Below, piece after piece: positions 1 to 7,600 of a stretch of DNA of 8,842 nt. The DNA comes from Azolla caroliniana (lineage: Eukaryota; Plantae; Polypodiophyta): assembly GCA_043228905.1 (NCBI GenBank), contig JBHGNT010001413.1:1-8842 (forward strand), given 5' to 3'. The notes under the pieces were generated by a model. That model saw nothing but the letters and a program-made list of their open reading frames with translations, did no database searches and was not told the DNA's origin. Numbering within the stretch: the first letter of the stretch is position 1; each line of letters begins with the position of its first letter. The position numbers and the translations under genes were made by a program.

Positions 1-75
1 ATGCATATGGTGCATGTGAGGGTGCAAGACATGCATGTAATGCACGTAATGCATGCAATGCATGCTTGCCATGTC
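1..75. repeat. TGCA/CATG-rich low-complexity repeat (RY-like CATGCA motifs)
   Basis: ATGCAT, TGCATG, CATGCATG and ATGCATGCAATGCATGC occur repeatedly within 75 bp. Confidence 0.6.
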
Positions 76-141
76 ATCATCTAAGCTCTCATGTATAAGA
101 ATTTACATGTAAAAGTATAATGATAAAAAAATAAGTTTTAA

Positions 142-216
142 GGAAATGACTTGGCTTAGTGGTAAGTATATTACTTCCTATCTTGGAGGTGCAAGGTTCA
201 AGCCTTGCTCACATCC
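142..216 (+). other. Degenerate tRNA-like sequence (Pol III A box + B box)
   Basis: A box TGGCTTAGTGG at 152-162 and B box GGTTCAAGCC at 195-204, with tRNA-like spacing. T-arm-like hairpin GCAAGG-TTCAAG-CCTTGC at 191-208. No intact anticodon arm, so not called as a tRNA. Confidence 0.5.
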
Positions 217-286
217 CTTTTAAAACACAAAATACTACTAGGCTTTTGGTCTTGTATTTACACCGAAAATCTTCAAACACCATGCA

Positions 287-412
287 CCGCGATCAACCGA
301 TCCGTCTGTCCGGTCCAGTTCAATCCGATGTTGTCCGTCATTATCCGGTCTCGGTCTGGTCGCCGGTTGCCGTCTTGCCGGATCCGTCCGGTCGCCGTCC
401 GATTCCAGTCAA
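287..412. repeat. TCCG/CCGG/CCGTC-rich degenerate short-unit repeat
   Basis: Dense recurring GTCCG, ATCCG, CCGGT and CCGTC words in an otherwise AT-rich neighbourhood. Confidence 0.55.
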
Positions 413-807
413 CCAAAACCTTTACAAGTAGTTAGGCCACACCCATTCATCCGGCCGGTTTAGCTCAAGTCACCTTGAACATTCTATGATCCACTCATAA
501 ATACAAAGTAATAGATTTTGGCCCTGCTTATATACTCTGGGATCCTTATTTGTCTTGTCTATGTGGGATATCTCGTAGTTTTGTTTTTTCTCTTCTTCTT
601 CGCAAACTTCATACCCACATAACTTGCCACTTAGTTGTTTGTTTCTTAGTTCGAAAGCTCTTGAAGACCTCCATCTTTTTGTACCAAGATATTAAACTAG
701 TATAAAATAGTATCTTCACTAATTGTTTTATGTTGTGTGTAAAGAACCACGCTCGATTTTGTACATTCCATTCAATTTTCACACCGCTGGCGAAAATCTT
801 TATGACA

Positions 808-923
808 ACGTAGCTCCAATATCCATGCCCCAACAGGTACTAGTGCATTTTATATGACCAAGATGCATAGTTGCTCCGGTCGAGCTTCTTTATGGGAAGT
901 GAACTCGCCATACCTCTGTCCAT
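808..923 (-). pseudogene. gag: Copia Gag N-terminus remnant
   Basis: Manual translation from ATG 923: MDRGMASSLPIKKLDRSNYASWSYKMH*YLLGHGYWSYV, matching the copia gag KLxxxNYxxW...M..YL....W..V motif. Internal TAG at 840-842 (likely from CAG). Truncated at 807. Confidence 0.8.
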
Positions 924-1004
924 ATCTTCCCCTGCCTGTCCTTACCGAGTAGTAGGGTTTGTCTTCGAAAGTGTCTGTCAGCTGCAAAGGTTCTCAACCC
1001 TCTT

Positions 1005-1016
1005 GCTCTAATACCA
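1005..1016 (-). promoter_or_regulatory. Primer binding site for tRNA-iMet
   Basis: Minus strand reads TGGTATTAGAGC, one mismatch from the canonical TGGTATCAGAGC, directly after the LTR-terminal ...TTTCACA. Confidence 0.85.
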
Positions 1017-1428
1017 TGTGAAAGTAAACATGTGGAAGCGTTTGACAAACCGGGTCAGCTGGATAACAACAAAAGATGAAAGGAAAACTCAACACACACA
1101 CAAAGTACGCGTACGCAGGAGAGACATAGAGAAAGAGAGCAGAACACAAACTCAATTCAAAATAACACTCTGTAAACTCTGTACATACAATGTGCTACAA
1201 TAGCACTATTTATACAAGTAGAGTACATCAATATTCCTACGTGTGACTGACACTAACTACAAGACAATGATTACCTAGTAGTCTAGGCTACAACTAGGCT
1301 TCTAGTTCACGCTCGAATCCATCTCCAGCTGGTTGTTTCCGGATACCGATCCGGCTCATCCTTCCGGATGTTGATCCGGCTCAAGCTTATCCAACAGATC
1401 TGAATCCGGTTGAGCTTGCCGCTCAACA
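1017..1428 (-). repeat. 5' LTR of the minus-strand copia (~412 bp; alternative boundary near 1311)
   Basis: Minus strand starts TGTTGAG (1428) and ends TTTCACA (1017), abutting the PBS. TATAAATA at 1214-1207 is followed by CT- and GT-rich sequence. The older pol similarity begins right after 1428 (GG AAT GAA GGT = (G)NEG). Confidence 0.65.
1207..1214 (-). promoter_or_regulatory. LTR TATA box (TATAAATA)
   Basis: Consensus match, oriented toward the PBS and gag. Confidence 0.55.
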
Positions 1429-1715
1429 GGAATGAAGGTACATGCCGAATTGTCGGCATTGGAGATGTGTTGTTGACGACATCAACCGGATGCAAGTTGC
1501 TGCTAAAGGATGTCTGCCACATTCCGGAAGTTCTACTGAAGCTGATATCAACCGATCGGCTGGATGATGAAGGCTACACGGGTAGCATCCGAAACGGAGT
1601 CATGAAATTTAGCAAAGGAAGCTTGATTGTGTCTCGAGCCCGGAAGATCAACACGTTATATCTGATGCATGCCCGGATATGCAGGGAAGAAGTGAACGTA
1701 GCATCCGACAATACC

Positions 1716-2590
1716 GGTGAGTTGTAGCACAAGAGACTGTGTCATATGAGCCAAAAGGGGATGAGAAGACTTGCCAAAGACAACCTCATTTCGGAGGTGA
1801 AAGATGTGCATCTTGAGAAGTGCATTGATTGGTTAGCTGGCAAGCAAAACCGAACCTCCTTCTGGTCAAGACCACCGATGAGACAGAATGCACCAGTGGA
1901 GCTGGTGCATACCAATGTGTGTCAAGTGGACACGAAGTCACATGCTAGATCGCAGTACTTCGTGACATTCATAGATGACCATAGCCGGAAGTTGTGGGTC
2001 TCACCACTAAAGACCAAGGATCAAGTGTTATCCGTCTTCAAGGAGCTCTATGCGAGAGTGGAAAGAGAAACCAGTCGGAAGCTGAAGGCGGTTCGAGCGG
2101 ACAACGAAGGAGAATATTGGGGGCAATTTGAGGAGTACTGTCGGCCGAAGGGAATCCGGCTCGAATTTACCGTGTCGAAGACGCCAGAACTAAACAGGCT
2201 GGCCAAAAGGATGAACCGAACCATAATGGAGAGAGTTTGGAGCATGCTTGCACGTGGCAAGTTATCCAACATGTTTTGGGCTAAGGCACTGATGACGGCG
2301 ACTTACGTGATAAACAGATCACCCTCAGTACCCTTGGATGGAGACACACCATAGAGAGTATGGACCGGTAAAGACGTGTCTTACTAGCATCTGAAGGTGT
2401 TCGGGTGTCTTGCATATCTGCATGTTGCAAAGGACAAGAGAGAAAAGTTGGATCCGAAGTCCAAACCATGCATATTCCTTGGATACGGCAATAATGAGTT
2501 CGGTTACCGGGTGTGCAATCTAATCGACAAGAAGTTGCTCCAAAGTCGGGACATAGTCTTCATGGAAGACAGGACCATTGCCGACTGGGA
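1716..2590 (+). pseudogene. Copia integrase region (Zn finger, rve core, SH3-like domain)
   Basis: HHCC with the last C read as W. The DDE triad reads N (HTNVC), D (ADNEGEY) and K (NRLAKRMNRT). Confidence 0.9.
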
Positions 2591-2738
2591 GTCAAAGAAG
2601 AAGATGATGAACTCCAGATCATCCAATGAAAACCGGTTTGAGGACACAAGGACCTACCCGGTTGAAAACCGGATGTTGGCAGGCAACCGGATGACACTCG
2701 ACGAACCGGCCGGATACGGACAAGAAACCGAACCGACC

Positions 2739-2768
2739 GAAGAAGAAGAAGAAGAAGAAGAAGAAGAA
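2739..2768 (+). repeat. (GAA)10 microsatellite, poly-Glu in the IN-RT linker
   Basis: Ten perfect GAA units, in frame (TEEEEEEEEEED). Confidence 0.95.
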
Positions 2769-2974
2769 GACACCGGATCTGGACAAGATCCCAAATCAGA
2801 CTCAGACTCGGAACAAATGGAGGAACCGGTAGCCAGAAACCAAGGACGGAGATATCCTCTCCGAGAGAGAAGAGTCCCCAGAGATTTTCGGATGTAGAGC
2901 ATGTATTGCTGACAGATGAGGGGGAGCCGGAAAGCTTTGAAGAAGCAAAGAAAGACACCAACAGCCGCAAGTAG

Positions 2975-3992
2975 TTGAGTGCAATGCAAGACAAGATGGA
3001 TTCCCTGCATAAGAACCACATGTATGAACTAACGGAGTTGCCGAAAGGAAAGAGGGCACTCCGGAACAAGTGGGTGTACAAGCTAAAACCGGGAGATGCC
3101 GGAAACCCACCGAGATACAAAGCCCGGATCGTGGTGAAGGGGTTCAAGCAGAAGAAAGGAGTGGATTTCGATGAGATCTTTGCCCGATAGTTAAGATGAC
3201 TTCCATCCGGACGGTGCTGAGCATAGCGGCAAGCATGGACCTCGAGGTAGAGCAACTAGACGTAAAGATGGCGTTCGTCCATGGTGACCTCGAAGAGGAT
3301 ATCTACATGCAGCAGCCAGAAGGATTTGTGAAGAAAGGGAATGAGCATTTGGTGTGCCGGTTGAAGAAGAGCTTATACGGACAGAAGCAAGCTCCCCGGC
3401 AATGGTATCGGAAGTTTGACTCCTTCATGACCGACCAAGGGTACCACAGACGCAGGCCGATCACTACGTGTTTATGAAGAAATTTGACGGAGGAGATTTC
3501 TTGATACTCCTATATGTGCATGATATGTTGATCATCGGACGAGACCAAGGCCAGATGCGGATGTTGAAGAAGGCTCTGAACTGGACCTTGTCAATGAAAG
3601 ACTTGGGTCCGGCAAGACAGATATTGGGAATGCACATCATCCAGAACCGGTCGAAGAAGTTGTTGTGGTTGTCACAGGAGAAGTACGTGACAAAGGTGCT
3701 TCAACGGTTTAACATGTCGGAGGCGAAACTGGTCGGATTGACACTTCCGGCAAACTGCAAACTATCCGGAAAACAAAGCCCGAGGACAAAGGCGGAGAAG
3801 ATGGATATGATGAAGATACCATATGCCTTTGTTGTCGAAAGCTTGATGTACACGATGGTATATACCCGGCCAGATATCGGATATGTAGTCGGAGTAGTGA
3901 GCTGGTTCATGAGCAATCCCGGAAGAGAGCACTGGAAAGCGGTAAAGTGGGTACTCTGGTATTTGAAAGGCACCTCGAGTATGTGCCTCTGA
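2975..3992 (+). pseudogene. Copia reverse transcriptase, frameshifted
   Basis: RVT_2-type motifs are spread over ORFs 2975-3190, 3196-3477 and 3468-3992. YVDD reads YVHD at 3513-3524. Confidence 0.92.
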
Positions 3993-4182
3993 TTCGGCTC
4001 CGGTAAATCCCTCTTGGAAGCGTCACCAATTCGGATATGTTGGCTGATGCGGATACCATTCGGTCTACATCCAGATATGTCATGACTTATGCAGGGGAGC
4101 TGTTTCGTGGTAGTCGAGGTTGCAGAAGACGGTTGCATTGTCATCCACAGAGGCGGAGTACATGGCAGCTCTGGAAGCCGAC

Positions 4183-4597
4183 TGTTGTATGTATGGCTGG
4201 ACTAGCCGCAACACAGGTGTCTATCCGACACTTCTCCAAAGGGGTGGTAGGGATAGGATGTTAATACACGCGTATGATAATTACACTTAAGCACAGACGA
4301 AGACAAGATGAATCAGCATAAGCAAAACTATATTAATTCTTCGTGCTTTCATTACAAAACATCGGATCCTTTTTATAGGCATCCGGCCAGATTACAATCG
4401 GTGCTCGGTAGGCAACCGTTAACCGAAACCGAATCGGTTCGGATCCGGATCGGTTACAACTACCGGATCCGTCCCTCCTAATAATTCTATTCCTATTTCT
4501 ATATTTATCCGATCCGACCTTGCTTTCCCATTTGCCTTCTCTGACCGGCCAACACATGGCACGCCCGTGGGAAAGTGCATTGCACTTCGAACCCACA
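4183..4597 (-). repeat. 3' LTR of the gypsy element (~415 bp; alternative inner boundary 4554)
   Basis: Minus strand runs TGTGGG (4597) to ...CATACAACA (4183). TATAAAAA at 4377-4370 and AATGAAA at 4353-4347. Candidate TSD CCGAC at 4178-4182. The outer boundary is well supported by the host-frame break; the inner boundary less so. Confidence 0.75.
4370..4377 (-). promoter_or_regulatory. LTR TATA box (CCTATAAAAAGG)
   Basis: Consensus match in the middle of the LTR, on the element's sense strand. Confidence 0.6.
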
Positions 4598-4617
4598 GCC
4601 GGCTTCAGTCTTCCTTC
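4598..4617 (-). other. Candidate polypurine tract overlapping the extra-ORF stop
   Basis: Minus strand GAAGGAAGACTGAAGCCGGC lies immediately before the LTR TGT. Purine-rich but imperfect. Confidence 0.45.
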
Positions 4618-7600
4618 AAATTATCAGGCAAACTCCGCTCCGAGGTTTCAAGTGTTGTTTTGCCTGTGCCGTCTCCGACGTCCGATTGGATTGGCTGCCT
4701 TTTCGCATCTTGCTGCTCCGACTCTGCTTGTACCGGTGGTACCGGTGTTTCTTCTGTATCCTGTCTGGGTCTGTCCTGCTCCACCTCCGTTCCGTTCCCG
4801 GTATCGCTCTCTCCGGTTTCCACTGGTTGTGTCCTTTCCTCCCCGGATTCGGTACTTCTCTGTCTCCACTCTGCATCATCCCCGGCATCAACCTGCTCTT
4901 GCTCCGGAAGTTCTTCCTCGGGTACATTGTTGGTTGGGTCCTCTTCAGCCGGTCGCTCGCCCTCACTAATGGAGATCGGCGTTGTGTGTCCCTCGGCTTC
5001 CTGTCGCAGTCGGTCCTTCTCGTACCCTTCCAATTCTAGTTGGGTTTCGAGCTGTCCGTCATCCAACCTCTCTACTAACCCTCGGATTTCCTTGAGATGT
5101 TCTTCTGCTAGAGCATAGAAATCCTCCGACAGTTCTTCCCGGATGTTGACGATACTTTCTTCGTCCATTTTATAGAACCCATCTCCGTTTTTCTTCCGAT
5201 TTTCTGCATCAGCTCGGAGTATCTGCAGTTCAGCTGCCTGTTGTGCCCATTCCTTCCAGAGTTTCTCCGTGCTTTCATTTATGCTGGCCTGAGCTCGGGT
5301 ACTCCAGCTTGACATGATGAACTTAATTCGGTCAACCCCTGCTTTAGCCTGTTCCGAAGCTGCTTGTTTTTCCTTCCTTATCCGTTTGATGATGTCGGCC
5401 ATTAACTGAGCTTGAGCTTCAGAGTCGACTTTCTGCTTGTCACAGGTACTCCGCCATTTGTTGATTTCGATAGTCAACTTCACTTTTTCCTCGTTCCGGC
5501 TCTTTGTCAGTTCCCCTACTTTCTGCCGAAGTACTTCCATCTCCTTTCTTTGTTCCGACGTCAAGGTCTTCTCCGCCGATACTTCCTCCCTTGCTTTGGA
5601 CAATTCCAAGCGGTTTTCCTTGAGCTGCTCTTTCAGCTTCTCCATCTGTCGGTCGTACGTTGCTGCCTGATTCTTGATGTCCGACGTGGCCTGTTTATAA
5701 TCTTTACATAGTCGGTCGAATTCCTCCGTCTTCTGTTTTAGGCGTCGGTTCGCCTGATCTCGCAACCGATCATCCCGGTCCTTTTGTTGTCGGAGTTCCT
5801 CTCGCAACCGCTCGATTTCTTGCTCCATTCGTCGGCGCAGCCTCTCTTTTTCCTTTTGCAGTGTCCCGTTTTCTTCTTGTAGTCGGTCATTGGTGGCTTT
5901 GCTTCGGCGAAGGCCTTCCTCCATTCGCCGTCTGTCGTCTTCTACCAACTTCCGCTGTTCTCTTTCGTTATCTCTCAATGCCTCCTGAGCCTGTAATTCT
6001 TCTTTCAAAGTTGCTATTAACTTCTCGGTCTCAGGGCCGGTTTGCAAGACCTTCTCCGTTTGTGGTTCGGCTTGCTTTTCTGATGTCCCGACCGGCTCGG
6101 TGCCATCTCGTGCTTGTCGGCTGCCTTCTTTTGCCTGTGCTATCTCTTCTTGCAGCTCATGTAATTGTGCCCGGAGCATGACCATATCCTTAGTCATCGT
6201 CCTAGTCACTTCTTCTCTTTGCTCCTCCTCTTTCTCCATCTGGTCTGCTACTCCCGACAACTGTCCTGACAACCACCTTAGCCATTGTGCCTTTGTTCTG
6301 CCTTCGTTGGTGTCAGCAGGCGTGCCTAGCTCCGGCTGTTTCTCCGGCCTCTTCTCTTGTTCCGGCGCTTGTTCCTTCCTTGGTTCTTCGAACTCCGCCG
6401 CTGTCGGTTCCGGTACTGCCGTCTTTGGTGCAGACGAACCTTCTTCCTGTGTCGCTTCTGTTCCGGTTACTGGTTCTTCCGCCCGTTGTTGAGTTCCGAC
6501 CGCTGTTGGGGTCGGTCTTGTCGCCCGTTTCTCCTTCCCTTGCCTGGGTGGTAGTATTAACATCGGTTCGGATGACTCTTCCTCTGTTTCGGCGTCCTCC
6601 GTCGCTGCGATTATCGGTTCCTTTACTGGTACCGGTTCCGATTCGAGCGTTACTGGTTCGGTGTCGGTTTGTCTCTTGCTGGTTTTCTTCGCCAGCTTCT
6701 CCTTGCCTTTCTCCGCCTTTTTCTTCTTCGTGGTCGGTTGCTGTTGCTGTTTCTGTGGCTGTCGTGATGAGCCTTCCTCCCGTTGCTGTCGGGAGGAGTC
6801 TTCTTCCCTCGGTTGTCGAGATGAGCCTTCTTTCCGCGGCTGTCGGGATGATCCCTCTTCTGGCGGCGCTTCTTCTTCCTGTGTCCATCCTGGAGTGTGT
6901 TTTTCTAAGATTCGTCGGCGTTTCATGGTTTGCTTCGGGGTAGTCTCCTGCCGACTTCTTTGCTTGTGCTTGATGGGGGACACCGGTGGGACCAACACTG
7001 TTAACCATTGGGATATTCCGGACCATGGCTTCTTCCCTTCCACCAAGTGCTTGATCGCCTCTTGTAGTCCTTCGGTGATGAAGTGGAGCCAGTCCACCTG
7101 CAGGCCTTCGAATGTCGCGGCGACGATCGCTGCTCGGTATTTGGCTATGGCTGCCGGACGAGGGTTCACGAACCCATACTCCATCAGGGCGCGGGCCACC
7201 TCTCCGAACAGCAGGTTCTCTCCGCCCTGTGTGCGATACGCCTTGCTGCTAAGGGAGTATTCGCCGAAATACTCGAAGAATATTTGGCTCGAGGGTAGCT
7301 CTATCGTCTGAAGTCCTCCCTCCGAAATCCCTGTGAGCGCTTGTACCGCTCCTTCAGTGACCTCTGCTAAGTCTACCGCTGTTGCCGCCTGCTCTGGTTC
7401 CTTGTGTGGTGGAGCATCAGCGACCCGCAGCAGCCCTCCTAATCCGTTCTCCGTCAGCCATTGTCGCGCTCCGTCCGACAGTGCCATCGCTTCTTCTTCG
7501 TTTGCTGCTGCCTGTGGTCTGAGGTCGGGGTGTAGGTGTTCTGCGCGTCGGATCTTGCTGTTATGAGCCTGCGTTTGCTTGTGGGAAAATTCGTAAAAAG

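Larger units (their letters stand above)
1..807 (+). mobile_element. Probable right-hand part of a long LTR (3' or solo LTR) inserted into the copia gag; left end outside window
   Basis: Ends ...CTTTATGACA (CA at 806-807) where the minus-strand gag similarity stops (...GYWSYV|). No recognisable coding similarity. Has repeat-rich U3-like blocks, TATATA at 529-534, then T-rich, ATTAAA and GT-rich stretches resembling R/U5. No PBS follows. Orientation is tentative and no second LTR is available for comparison. Confidence 0.4.
808..1428 (-). mobile_element. 5' end of a Ty1/copia LTR retrotransposon (LTR + PBS + leader + gag start), inserted antisense into the older copia pol
   Basis: On the minus strand the order is LTR, Met PBS, ~80-bp leader, copia gag N-terminus. 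Confidence 0.8.
1429..4182 (+). pseudogene. pol: Degenerate Ty1/copia (Tnt1/Tork-like) pol: protease tail, GAG-pre-integrase, integrase, RT, start of RNase H
   Basis: Motifs in copia order: NEGTCRIVGIGDV; L*HKRLCHMSQKGM; ELVHTNVC; YFVTFIDDHSRK; VRADNEGEY; KLDPKSKPCIFLGY; NKWVYKLK..RYKARIVVKGFKQKKGVDFDEIFA; LDVKMAFVHGDLEEDIYMQQPEGF; LYVHDMLI; MKDLGPARQILGM; SW*SRLQKTVALSSTEAEYMAA. Stops at 1725, 2352, 2385, 2972, 3990, 4111, and frameshifts near 2890, 3185, 3450, 4020 and 4095. Confidence 0.95.

Noticed and set aside
44-48. ACGTA as partner TSD making 49-807 a solo LTR
   Set aside because: It is not directly followed by TG, and gag does not resume in 1-43.
609-833. 74-aa minus ORF as a gene
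   Set aside because: Chimeric: the first 8 residues are gag and the rest reads into the inserted non-coding segment.
4259-4260. TG at 4259 as the gypsy LTR end
   Set aside because: Copia RNase H similarity already stops at 4182, where TGTTG begins.
6757-6860. CRISPR-like array
   Set aside because: Contiguous coding tandem repeat with no spacers, in a eukaryotic TE context.
6313-7026. 237-aa alternative-frame ORF overlapping the eORF on the minus strand
   Set aside because: R/T/G-rich frame-shifted reading of a low-complexity region; the repeat's silent variation favours the main frame.
4520-7566. Many plus-strand ORFs (e.g. 4567-5118, 6100-6492, 6287-6943, 6661-7311)
   Set aside because: S/C/F/L-rich antisense shadows of the purine-rich eORF, with no motifs and mostly non-ATG starts.
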